Positions 1 to 8,693 of a stretch of 64,000 nt of DNA are shown piece after piece. The first letter of the stretch is position 1. Every line of letters begins with the position of its first letter. The DNA is taken from assembly GCA_050251055.1 (NCBI GenBank), contig JBFWNL010000002.1, forward strand, positions 32,001-96,000, written 5' to 3'. Made by a program: the position numbers and the translations under genes. Source of the DNA: Bacteriovoracia bacterium. GTDB lineage: Bacteria; Bdellovibrionota; UBA1018; JBFWNL01. The notes under the pieces are model-generated. The model searched no databases. It was not told where the DNA came from and was given only the letters and a program-made list of their open reading frames with translations.

Positions 1-1664
1 GGCTCGAGCGTACCCGATACCGCCCAAAGTTTCGCGGCGGTCTGCCAGAGCTTCGGGCCGCTTTTCCATTGCAAGCGAACGGGCGCCGGCTCGAGCTTGC
101 GCTCGCCCACCAGCCAAGAAAAATCCTTCGGTGAAGCCTCCACCGGACGCCCCTGCTCGGGGTCCACGGACGCGCAGAGCGCGCCGATGAGCGGGTCCAG
201 GTCTTGCGGCGGACGAATCTGGGGCACAAAATCCTCGTCGAGAAAACCCAGGTGAAACACCCCTTCTTGAACCCACGGGTGCTCGAGGATCTCGCGCAGC
301 ATCCGTTCGTTCGTCTGGAGCGAGCCCGCGAACCACTGCTCGGAAAGCACCTTGCGGGTGGAAGCGATGAGACTACGCGCTTGGGGACAAAAAACGTGCA
401 GCTGGGCGATCCAGCCATCGGATTGTTCGGTGGCGTCATCCGCCAACCCCTCGATTCCCTCTCCCTCCGCTAAACCGCAGTCAAGCTCGGCGCGGTAGGC
501 GGGGGTTTTCCACTTCGTCTTCTCCGTCCGTTCAGCCAGGAAACCGGGCTGGGGGATCTGTAAGAAAGAATCTTCGGCGAATATGCGAAGCGACGCTCCG
601 GTCAGGGAGGCGCGCTTGGGCTTCAGCTTCAGCTCAGGGGCGGGCTTCGAAGTCCAGAGCGTGCCCAGCTGCCACGCCACCGCGCTCGTGCCGGCGATGT
701 TTTCCCAGAGCGCGTAGCTAGCGTCCAGATGAGAAAGGGCGTCGACCAGGTAGGCGCGGTTGCCCTCTACCTGAAACTCGAAAGCGCCCAACCCCACGTA
801 ACCCAGTTTTTCCGTGAGCAGCGTCACGTATTCCAGTAGCTGCGTCTCGACTTCGCGGTCCAGCGTTAGCGGTGGACAAAATTCCACGAACTGCCGTTGC
901 CGGGCCTGCAGGGAAGCGTCGACCAAGGGAAAGCCCACGAAATCGCCGTCATTGAAACGTGCGAACGGCACCCGGATGAGGCGGGAAGAATCGAGCGTCC
1001 GCTGGGCGAACAGAATCGCCTCCCCTACGTGCAGGCGCAAGAGCTCGAGCCAGATGGGAAGCTCTTTCTCCAACTGCTTGAGACTGTAAAACACCCGGCG
1101 GCCCAGATGATCGGCGCTGTGAATGGAGCGCAGGCAAAAAGAGAAGTCCCCTGACTTTCCCTCGAATTGGGCGCTCTCGTACGCCTCGCGACGGGCAGCA
1201 TTGAAAATCACTTCCTCGACTTCGCGCAGAGATTGAATGGGCTCGAAGCTCATCACTAGGTGGGGAATGCCCAACTTCTCCGCCTCGGTGAGTAGATTTA
1301 ACTTGTTGGCGAAAAGGCTCACCATGCGGGCCGAGGGCGCGACTACTTGAACCCCGTGTTCCTCGGCCGCACGCAATAGCTCCGCCCGATCGGCCCAGGC
1401 GCTCGTTCCCGGATGCACCCAAAGATTTTGACTATTAGCGTTAGCTGGGTGTAGCTTACGAAAATCCATCAACGCGCGTTTGAGTCCATTGAGGGACCCC
1501 GGATGCGCGGGGGATGGAAACGGCACGGTAAGGTCACGGGGCCGAATGCATTGAAACCCCAAGCGGTTCAGATCCTCGGAGAGCCGCGTGGCCATGGCCG
1601 CCGGGCCCAAGACCAGGGCTACCGGTGGAGGCGCACTAGTATTGGGAGAAAGCTTCGTACGCAT
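1..1664 (-). CDS. Degenerate biotin carboxylase (ATP-grasp) homolog, 3' end outside the window
   Basis: Manually translated from ATG 1664 (not in the ORF track because it runs off the edge). Motifs WVHPGTSAWADRAE, ANKLNLL, DASLQARQRQFVEFCPP, GYVGLGAFEF, SLRIFAED..IPQPG and GSLQTNERMLREILEHP are colinear with biotin carboxylase motifs, but catalytic segments are altered. Confidence 0.75.
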   Translation of the reverse strand, partial: MRTKLSPNTSAPPPVALVLGPAAMATRLSEDLNRLGFQCIRPRDLTVPFPSPAHPGSLNGLKRALMDFRKLHPANANSQNLWVHPGTSAWADRAELLRAAEEHGVQVVAPSARMVSLFANKLNLLTEAEKLGIPHLVMSFEPIQSLREVEEVIFNAARREAYESAQFEGKSGDFSFCLRSIHSADHLGRRVFYSLKQLEKELPIWLELLRLHVGEAILFAQRTLDSSRLIRVPFARFNDGDFVGFPLVDASLQARQRQFVEFCPPLTLDREVETQLLEYVTLLTEKLGYVGLGAFEFQVEGNRAYLVDALSHLDASYALWENIAGTSAVAWQLGTLWTSKPAPELKLKPKRASLTGASLRIFAEDSFLQIPQPGFLAERTEKTKWKTPAYRAELDCGLAEGEGIEGLADDATEQSDGWIAQLHVFCPQARSLIASTRKVLSEQWFAGSLQTNERMLREILEHPWVQEGVFHLGFLDEDFVPQIRPPQDLDPLIGALCASVDPEQGRPVEASPKDFSWLVGERKLEPAPVRLQWKSGPKLWQTAAKLWAVSGTLE

Positions 1665-1720
1665 AGAGTTTGATTTCCATTTAGGCTAACCTATGGCCTC
1701 GGAAATAGAAAGCAATTGCC

Positions 1721-3028
1721 ATGCAGATACCCGAAAGCCTATCCCGTGCATTTTTGGGAGAGTTCGAAGCTCTCATCGGGGAATTCGCGCGCGAAAAAGG
1801 ATTCGTGGAGAACGCGAGCGACATCCGATCGAGCCGGTTTATCTCCCGCTCGATCGTTCCTCACGTCAAAAAACTTTCGGCGCTCTTCAACCGGGTGACC
1901 GAAGCGCAACTGCGTCGGCCGGACGCCCCCCCTGGTGAGGCGACCTCGCCCCATGACGGGAGCCCCTCGGGCAGCGCCTTGCCCGCCTACTGGGGTAAAT
2001 CCTCCAACGCCGCCAACCTACGCCTGGCGTATTTCCTCTACTTCATGCCCGCGAACGCCTGCCGGGTCGCCGCGGTCTTTGCCGAACTCGCGCGTTTGGG
2101 TTTCCGCTGGCCGACCTCGTTTGGGGACACGCCCCTGCGCGGGATTGAATTCGGAGCCGGTCCGGCGACCGGAGCCTGCGGGGTGGCCATGGCTCGCAAG
2201 TTCGGGGGCATCGATCTGCCCGGTGCGGGAGACTGGGCCCTCATCGAACAGGATAAGCCCATGCTCTCCCTCGGCGAAGATTGGGCCAAACGCCTCATGG
2301 CGTGGGCGGACGTGCCAGAATGGGGTATCCGCCCCTATCCCCGCCGCATCGACCTGGAGCGCGGTTTTCTGCCCAGAAACGCCCCCCGCTTCCACCTCTG
2401 GCTCATGAGTTATTTTTTGAACGAGCTCGCCGAACCGACCGAGGTCGTGGCGAAGCGTCTACTCGAAGCGTGGGAACGCCACTTGGAAGACGAAGGGTTG
2501 GTGGTGTTGGTGGAGCCGGCGCTGAAGGAGGAATCCCGTAAGCTCTTAGAGATCCGCCGCGCATTGATCGACCAGACAAGAAAACAACGGCTCGACTGGT
2601 TTCAGATCCTGCTTCCTTGTCTGGGCTCCCAAGCCTGCGGGGCGTTGGCGGCAGAAGGCGATTGGTGCCACGAGGAAGTGAGCTGGTGGCGACCCGAGTA
2701 TTCCCGCGAGATCGACAAACAGGCGGGGCTGGATCGTAAGACCCTGCCCTTCAGCTACCTCGTGATCGCAAAATCGAAACGGCCGCTTGCCGCGTGGTTG
2801 CCCCACCTGCGGGGAGACGCGAATCGGCGCTACCGCTTGGTCAGTCCCGCGCACCGCGAAGGCAAACGGCATTGGGATTTTTATCTTTGCGGACAAAGCG
2901 GAAAATTCAAGTCCCGGATGGAAGACTCGCGGTCGGAGATCCCAATTGGCCGCGGCAGTATCTTAAATGACTTGGACGCCGCTCCCGGGCAGACCCTCAA
3001 AGACGCGCTGAAGAATTACAGTAGTTGA
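1721..3028 (+). CDS. Rsm22/METTL17-family SAM-dependent methyltransferase-like protein
   Basis: AYFLYFMPAN, EFGAGPATG (SAM motif I), SYFLNEL, LVEPA, PCLGSQAC...DWCH, FSYLV and a later LCG. Confidence 0.75.
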   Translation: MQIPESLSRAFLGEFEALIGEFAREKGFVENASDIRSSRFISRSIVPHVKKLSALFNRVTEAQLRRPDAPPGEATSPHDGSPSGSALPAYWGKSSNAANLRLAYFLYFMPANACRVAAVFAELARLGFRWPTSFGDTPLRGIEFGAGPATGACGVAMARKFGGIDLPGAGDWALIEQDKPMLSLGEDWAKRLMAWADVPEWGIRPYPRRIDLERGFLPRNAPRFHLWLMSYFLNELAEPTEVVAKRLLEAWERHLEDEGLVVLVEPALKEESRKLLEIRRALIDQTRKQRLDWFQILLPCLGSQACGALAAEGDWCHEEVSWWRPEYSREIDKQAGLDRKTLPFSYLVIAKSKRPLAAWLPHLRGDANRRYRLVSPAHREGKRHWDFYLCGQSGKFKSRMEDSRSEIPIGRGSILNDLDAAPGQTLKDALKNYSS

Positions 3029-3606
3029 TCGTCGGGAACCACCCCGAAGGCGCTCGCGGATGCCGACAGGCTCTGCCGGCAATGCCCACTCGAACTGAAG
3101 AGATCGGACCCTCCGGCCATCCGAAAAGTGGGGACGTCGGGGTCATACCGCCGCATGTAGAGTCCATCTGCCCGCTTGAAAACATCACCCACCCCTCGGA
3201 AAGGGTTCGAAGTTTGAGGTAGATATGCGGCCGCCACTTCAGAATCGGCGCAGTTTAACTGCTCAATGTTAGCGATACACCGCTCGGACTCTTCGGCGTT
3301 GCCAAGAATTTGGCCCGCCCGCTCCAGCGCGATATACTCTCCGAACAGCTGGGAGCTATTGGGTAACCCTACATTGACGTCGATGTTATCCTGCCCATAC
3401 ACGCCGTCCAAGCAAGCTTCGGTTTCGAGTCCCCCGTGGCACGCCACTAGCCGGCGACAAACCGCACGCGCCAACTTCTCGACCGTGGTTTCGCCACCCG
3501 TCACGATCGTACCGCTGCCCGATCCGCTTCGGTCTCCCTGCGCGCACGCCATAGCGGCACCCAGCGTCAGCAAAATCACCAAGCCCAACTTAAGCCGCTG
3601 ATTCAT
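3016..3606 (-). CDS. Cys-rich hypothetical lipoprotein
   Basis: ATG at 3606 behind a GGAGG-like RBS. Signal peptide ends in AMAC; the mature part has six further Cys. Overlaps the stop of the upstream TIGR02147 gene. Confidence 0.7.
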   Translation of the reverse strand: MNQRLKLGLVILLTLGAAMACAQGDRSGSGSGTIVTGGETTVEKLARAVCRRLVACHGGLETEACLDGVYGQDNIDVNVGLPNSSQLFGEYIALERAGQILGNAEESERCIANIEQLNCADSEVAAAYLPQTSNPFRGVGDVFKRADGLYMRRYDPDVPTFRMAGGSDLFSSSGHCRQSLSASASAFGVVPDDQLL

Positions 3607-4486
3607 TGCCTCCCCCTTCCCCACTTCCCTCACCCTCGCCCGTAAGCCGGAAAGAGACCGGAAACAGCTGCAAGTTGAGCTGCATAATCCGAAACGAAGT
3701 GCCTTCGCTACGGCTCACAATCTGCACCAGTTGCTGTTGAAACTGATCGATCAGTTCCCGAATCTGGCGTTCGCCCTCGGCCGAAACCGCGAGCGTGGCC
3801 GCGGTGAGTGAGCGTTCTTTTTTGGGCAAACGATCCAAGGCCTGTAAAGAAAGCTGAATCATCTGTTGCTGGAGCTTCGAAACGAGCGGCGACTGTAGCT
3901 TCTCGGGAGAAAAAACGAAGCGCGTATTAATCGCGAGCTGTCCATCGGCGCCGCGCTTGACGATGCCCAAAGTCAGAAGGTCGTGTAAAGCGCACTTGGC
4001 CTCTTCCACGGTGATCGGAGGATTTAGCTGGCGGGCGAGCCATGCCGGGTTCTCTGAGAAGCCGGGCTTGCCGATCATTTCCCGGATGGCCAGGTAATAC
4101 CAACGCGAGAAGTAATTCACCTGAGCTTCCTGCAGCACCCCCATCTGACGATCGGCATCCACATCCCGCAGTATCTTCAACTGGGAGGCCTTTTCTAGGT
4201 CATTATCCGATTGGTTATGCGCAACCAGATTGAGAAAGTAGCTTTTCTCCGCGCCGTTGAGGCCGAGCGCAGCCGCCGTTTTTTCCGCGCCATTGGGCGA
4301 AAGGTTACGCTTCCCTTGGATGACCATCTGAATGGTGCTGGGCGAGGAATACCCCGCGGCTTTAGCAAACGAGCGGAAAGAGAAGCTCTTTCTCACACGC
4401 CGGCTGTAACGGAAAAAATCGTTCAGAAACACCCGAAAGTCGATGTAATCAAACACCGCCGGGCGGGCCCCACTTCCCTGAATCAT
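3590..4486 (-). CDS. TIGR02147-family HTH protein (DUF4423 C-terminal domain)
   Basis: VFDYIDFRVFL..FSFRSFAKAAGYSSPSTIQMVIQGKRNLS, WYYLAIRE and C-terminal QLNLQLFP are typical of the family. Confidence 0.85.
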   Translation of the reverse strand: MIQGSGARPAVFDYIDFRVFLNDFFRYSRRVRKSFSFRSFAKAAGYSSPSTIQMVIQGKRNLSPNGAEKTAAALGLNGAEKSYFLNLVAHNQSDNDLEKASQLKILRDVDADRQMGVLQEAQVNYFSRWYYLAIREMIGKPGFSENPAWLARQLNPPITVEEAKCALHDLLTLGIVKRGADGQLAINTRFVFSPEKLQSPLVSKLQQQMIQLSLQALDRLPKKERSLTAATLAVSAEGERQIRELIDQFQQQLVQIVSRSEGTSFRIMQLNLQLFPVSFRLTGEGEGSGEGGGNESAA

Positions 4487-4765
4487 TAATTTACATTAAA
4501 CCTTGTCCGAATGCCCCCGTCACGAGTGTCCGCCGTGACCTAGGCTTTCGTTGGCCTCCTTTAGTAGCGATATCGCAGCTCTCCGACGAGTCAACGCCCG
4601 TGTGAACACCGATGTCGAACACTCTTTGATTGCCGGAGTGGACGGGGGTGGACGCGGCATTTACGCGGATACGGGTTGAAATGTAACTTCCGAATCGTTC
4701 GCGTTAAATTGGTCTCATCAGGCGGGTTTGTATAAATGGTTTGCCCCTTTTTTTCCGCCTGATCG

Positions 4766-4807
4766 CGGCCAACTCGACCCCCGAAGCGAGTTGGCCGTTT
4801 GTTTTTT
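4766..4807 (+). terminator. Intrinsic terminator-like hairpin with U-tract on the plus strand
   Basis: Perfect 11-bp stem CGGCCAACTCG/CGAGTTGGCCG with a 10-nt loop, followed by TTTGTTTTTT. Confidence 0.7.
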
Positions 4808-4811
4808 GGGG

Positions 4812-5882
4812 TTAAATCGGCAAGGTGCCGGCGACGTAAGCCATCGTGCCCGCGCCCGAGGCACACTCCATGTTGGTTTCCGCCGAGCTCAAAAGCGTAT
4901 AGGCATTACCATCGGCATCTCGCGACAACATTCTGATCGCCCCCCCATCATGGACATAGAGGCGAGAACTATCCGGGCTCCAGATCGGCACGTTGTTTTG
5001 CGTTGTAATTGACGACAACGCTAACTTGAACGAAAACTGCAATGATTCGAGGGACTCATCATAACGATAAAAGTAGAGTTCATCTCCGTCATGCATGACG
5101 ATCCATTGGCCATCTGGCGACCAAGCGATTCGGGAAACGCTCGGCATGCTGCTAGGCACGACGCTCGCCACCTCGTGAAAGCTCGAGGAAGCGTCCCACT
5201 CTAGAACAGAAATCACGTGATCGAATCCCCCGGTGAAGTGAGCGACCGCCACGCGATCCCGAGACGGGTGGGTGGCCGCCGATGGCGTGTTATTTTTCAG
5301 CGCGTAAAGCCCAGAGTTCACCAACGAAAAATCCACGGCCGAAACCGCATGGGCCTGAATACGCGCGTCTTGGTATCTCAGCAAGGTGCGGCCATTAGAA
5401 GACAGCAGATAGTGCGTCGAACTCGATGCATGCGGGAAAGTAAACGCCTGCTCTAACTGTAGAGACGGCCCTCCTACGTCATCAAAGGAGAATACTTTCC
5501 AACCAGTCACGTCGGTATCACTCACTAGTACCATCCGGCGATCCGCACGCGCCACCAACGGTCGCCCCCCTTGGGTCAGATTCAGGTCCACCGGCGTGAA
5601 CCCCTGAGATCCAATCGAAAACACCTCGAGTTCCGCCGTAAACGCCACCAGCATGTTCACCGCGCTTCGGCGATAAAATGCAAAATTACCGGAAACCCCC
5701 GCAGTCAAAGTAATCGTGCTCGTAGACGCCGACCGTCCAGTAGAGCGATCGAGCGCAAACACCTTTGCCGAAGCCCCCGAACTGCAGACCAAAAAATCAT
5801 GGTAAACCAGAGGGGAAAAAAAGCGGGCCGAGCATCCACTAGTTAAGCCCAGAAGCAGAATAACGATAATGGCTTTGGGCAT
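4812..5882 (-). CDS. Beta-propeller (WD40/TolB-like) lipoprotein
   Basis: Lipobox TSGC; blade motifs AWSPDGQWI, IWSPDSSRL, LSSNGRTL. Confidence 0.7.
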   Translation of the reverse strand: MPKAIIVILLLGLTSGCSARFFSPLVYHDFLVCSSGASAKVFALDRSTGRSASTSTITLTAGVSGNFAFYRRSAVNMLVAFTAELEVFSIGSQGFTPVDLNLTQGGRPLVARADRRMVLVSDTDVTGWKVFSFDDVGGPSLQLEQAFTFPHASSSTHYLLSSNGRTLLRYQDARIQAHAVSAVDFSLVNSGLYALKNNTPSAATHPSRDRVAVAHFTGGFDHVISVLEWDASSSFHEVASVVPSSMPSVSRIAWSPDGQWIVMHDGDELYFYRYDESLESLQFSFKLALSSITTQNNVPIWSPDSSRLYVHDGGAIRMLSRDADGNAYTLLSSAETNMECASGAGTMAYVAGTLPI

Positions 5883-5892
5883 TGGCTGCCGC

Positions 5893-7647
5893 CTACAACT
5901 CCAGCTTTTTCAGGTTTTGCACGTACCGGTGCGTGCGGATCTGTGGGTCCCCGGGCAGCGGCGTGTCGGCCAAAACCTTCGCTACGATCGCCTTGGCCTC
6001 GTCCCGCTTGGAGGTTTCCACGAGGACTTTTGCCAAAAGCTCGGTCGCCCGCAGGCGATTGTCGCCGTAAGAAAGCGCGTGCGCTTTACGGGCGAGCGGT
6101 TCCGCGGCCTTGAAATCCTTTTCCCGGCGCAAGAGCGAGGCGTGCGCGTAGAAGAAAGTAAACTCATCCGGATAGGTTTGCTCCAGGCGCGCGTACAACG
6201 CCTCCGCCTCCGCCCGCTTCCCGGATTCGGCAAGACAATAGGCCCGCTCCAGATTGAATCCTCGCTCAACATCCGCCGAAAGCCCATGCTGGGCCATCTT
6301 CTTTTCGTATTCTAAGGCCGCCGCGGCATAGGCGGTTTTAGCCGCGGACTTGTCTCCTTTTTGCTTGTACGCGCTCGCCTGAATTTGCAGCACATCGGCG
6401 CGCGTAAGCTCAATCTCGCCCGCCGCCCAATAAGCTTCGTCCTGCTTCAGAAGAAAATCTGCGGCCGTGAACAAAACCTGCAGGCCTTCCGCCTCCATCG
6501 CCGAATCCTTTTGCGCGGCTCCCAAGTCGGACAAGCTGTTTCCCCAATCCAACGTGTCTACCCCATGCGGATGAGATTGAATCGCCTCTCGCAGTGCCTT
6601 GGCCCGAGCGGAAGCTTCGGTTTCCTGGGGCATGCTCTTGATCTTCGCCGTGGTCCAACTCAGCCGATCTTGCATCGTGAGCACGGTCGATTTATGGGCG
6701 TGAGCCCGTGCGAAGCTAGCCGCGGCGGCGGTGTACTCCTCGCGATCCATTTGCACTTGCGCAAGCCTAAGGGACGCCTCGGCATCGCCGCCTTCGGACT
6801 TAGACTTGAGTTTACTGAGCGGCAATTTACGGGCGAGATATGCCGCCTCTACTTTCTTTACGAAGACCGTGCGCGAGCGGCTGCCCACGATACGCCCAAT
6901 CTCGTCGCCATCAGCGGTCGCGAACACGACGGTGGGATAGCCGCCCACCCGGTATCTTTCCTTGAGCGGCCAAGAGACGGCTTGGTCGGCGTCGAGCTTC
7001 AACTTAACGTAACCCTTCGCCTTCGCCTGGAACTCGGGGCTGCGAAACACCAGGGCATCGAGCTCGTTGCAGGGGGGGCACCAGATACCGAAGAAATCGA
7101 TCAGAAGTGGGCGTTTTTTTGCCTTAGCCTCCCGCAAGGCCGCGTCGGGCGCGTTTACGTAAAAACCGTGCTCATCCGGCTTGGCCGATGGCGAGTTAAG
7201 GGGTGGCGTGGCGGCAGCAGCGCCTATGGCCGTTTTTTCCATCTTATTTTCCGCCGGCATGATCGTGAACAACAAATCCTGGGGCATGCAAAACGTTTTG
7301 GCATCGTCGCAAATGTAGAGCTTCGCGCGTACCTGCAGATTGTACGGCTTCACCGCTCGAGGGGCCTTAAAGGGAAAAACCACTTCGCGCTCGGAGATCT
7401 CCGGCTTCTCCCCAGCCTGGAAAACGCCATCCTCGCCCGCCCACGTGAGCCGATTCGGCGCCTTCGGGTTGAAATGGTGACCCACCGCCGGCGTGAAGGT
7501 TACCTTCCAGCCGTCGCGCATGGACTTGAAGGTGCCGGTAAACTCCGGCACGGTTTTTCGAGCCGTATCCGCGCTCCAAGTGCCGGCGCTTCCCCCCAGC
7601 GCGATCAGGACCGCTCCCCCCACCCAACGTGAAATTCGCATTTTCAT
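5893..7647 (-). CDS. Exported thioredoxin-family protein with DsbD-N-like domain and TPR repeats
   Basis: Signal peptide; ICDDAKTFC; LIDFFGIWCPPC with YPTVVF cis-Pro motif; helical TPR-like C-terminal half. Confidence 0.8.
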   Translation of the reverse strand: MKMRISRWVGGAVLIALGGSAGTWSADTARKTVPEFTGTFKSMRDGWKVTFTPAVGHHFNPKAPNRLTWAGEDGVFQAGEKPEISEREVVFPFKAPRAVKPYNLQVRAKLYICDDAKTFCMPQDLLFTIMPAENKMEKTAIGAAAATPPLNSPSAKPDEHGFYVNAPDAALREAKAKKRPLLIDFFGIWCPPCNELDALVFRSPEFQAKAKGYVKLKLDADQAVSWPLKERYRVGGYPTVVFATADGDEIGRIVGSRSRTVFVKKVEAAYLARKLPLSKLKSKSEGGDAEASLRLAQVQMDREEYTAAAASFARAHAHKSTVLTMQDRLSWTTAKIKSMPQETEASARAKALREAIQSHPHGVDTLDWGNSLSDLGAAQKDSAMEAEGLQVLFTAADFLLKQDEAYWAAGEIELTRADVLQIQASAYKQKGDKSAAKTAYAAAALEYEKKMAQHGLSADVERGFNLERAYCLAESGKRAEAEALYARLEQTYPDEFTFFYAHASLLRREKDFKAAEPLARKAHALSYGDNRLRATELLAKVLVETSKRDEAKAIVAKVLADTPLPGDPQIRTHRYVQNLKKLEL

Positions 7648-7757
7648 GCGTGTTTTATATCACCGTGGGCGACGTGCCGTGAAAATAAAAGCAATACCCA
7701 ATTGAATCGGTCTCGCAGCAAAGGGGGGCTTGTCGAACAGACTTATAGGTGAGTGCG

Positions 7758-8213
7758 CTAATTCTTCTTGAGATTCAGGAGATTTTCGAGCTCGTCGGCG
7801 CTGATGGTGGGCCGGGCGCCGCCAAATGCCTTGAGCGTATTTTCGAGGCGATTGATTAAGATCTCCTGCTCTTCACCCGTTTGATCGGTCGCGTTCTCGA
7901 GCAGGAACTTCACGGTCGTAAGCGCATCCCAGAGGGAACCGACGCACTTGCGGATCTGCGGGCGCGTGGTGGCGCTCGTGCCCTTCAGCGCGATCTCTTC
8001 GCCCAATCCCGCGATCTTAGCGATATGCGGAAGATTGAGCTGGATGGCCGTCCCCCGAATGGTGAACATTTTTTCGGAAAAGATCGAAAACAGATCCAGG
8101 TTCTTCTCTTTGTTTTCCTCGATTTTCTTGAGGGTGTCCTCGGCGATGTGGGCGAAGCCGCTCAGCTCGTTAATGAACTCTCGAAGCTTCGGATCCGGTT
8201 GCATGGTCATCAT
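7758..8213 (-). CDS. HPt-like helical-bundle protein lacking the phospho-acceptor His
   Basis: Start overlaps the response-regulator stop (ATGA). FSEKMFTIRGTAIQLNLPHIAKIAGLGEE resembles the HPt HxxKGxA motif with Phe at the His position. Confidence 0.6.
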   Translation of the reverse strand: MMTMQPDPKLREFINELSGFAHIAEDTLKKIEENKEKNLDLFSIFSEKMFTIRGTAIQLNLPHIAKIAGLGEEIALKGTSATTRPQIRKCVGSLWDALTTVKFLLENATDQTGEEQEILINRLENTLKAFGGARPTISADELENLLNLKKN

Positions 8214-8605
8214 GAGAGCACTCCTTTTTTCAAGATCACGGCGAAAACTTGCTTTTGAATCTGTTCCACGGTCACGGGCTTGATGAGGTATCCGTCGCAG
8301 CCGCACTCCACGGCTTGCAACACTTTCTCCCGTGTGCCTTCGGCGGTGACCATAAGGAAAGAGATGGCCTTGTAAGTAGGGTGATTGCGCACGAACTTCA
8401 GGAGTTCGAGTCCGTCGAGCGGGGTCATCTGCCAATCACTGAGGATGAGATGGAACTCTTCGGCTTCCAGCGCCTTGAGCGCCTCGAGGCCGTTTCCCAC
8501 CACGCGGATCTTCTCGAAGCCGGCCTTCTTCAGCAGCTCCTTGATCTGAACACGAATCGCGTTCACATCATCGACAATCAAAATATTGACGTCTTGAACC
8601 CGCAT
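8210..8605 (-). CDS. CheY-like single-domain response regulator
   Basis: ILIVDD, LILSDWQMTPLDGLELL, FLMVTAE, YLIKP. Confidence 0.9.
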   Translation of the reverse strand: MRVQDVNILIVDDVNAIRVQIKELLKKAGFEKIRVVGNGLEALKALEAEEFHLILSDWQMTPLDGLELLKFVRNHPTYKAISFLMVTAEGTREKVLQAVECGCDGYLIKPVTVEQIQKQVFAVILKKGVLS

Positions 8606-8693
8606 CTGTCCCTCGTACCCCTAGTTTCCTAAGCTAAAATTCTAGAGGCGAAAAGCGGCGCGGACAACTGCAAATTACGCGCGGTGGGAATGA

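Noticed and set aside
6361-7632. Long antisense ORFs (6361..7632, 22102..22986, 49847..50854, 54798..55625 and similar)
   Set aside because: They are shadows of well-supported genes on the opposite strand, expected with GC-rich codon bias, and show no motifs.
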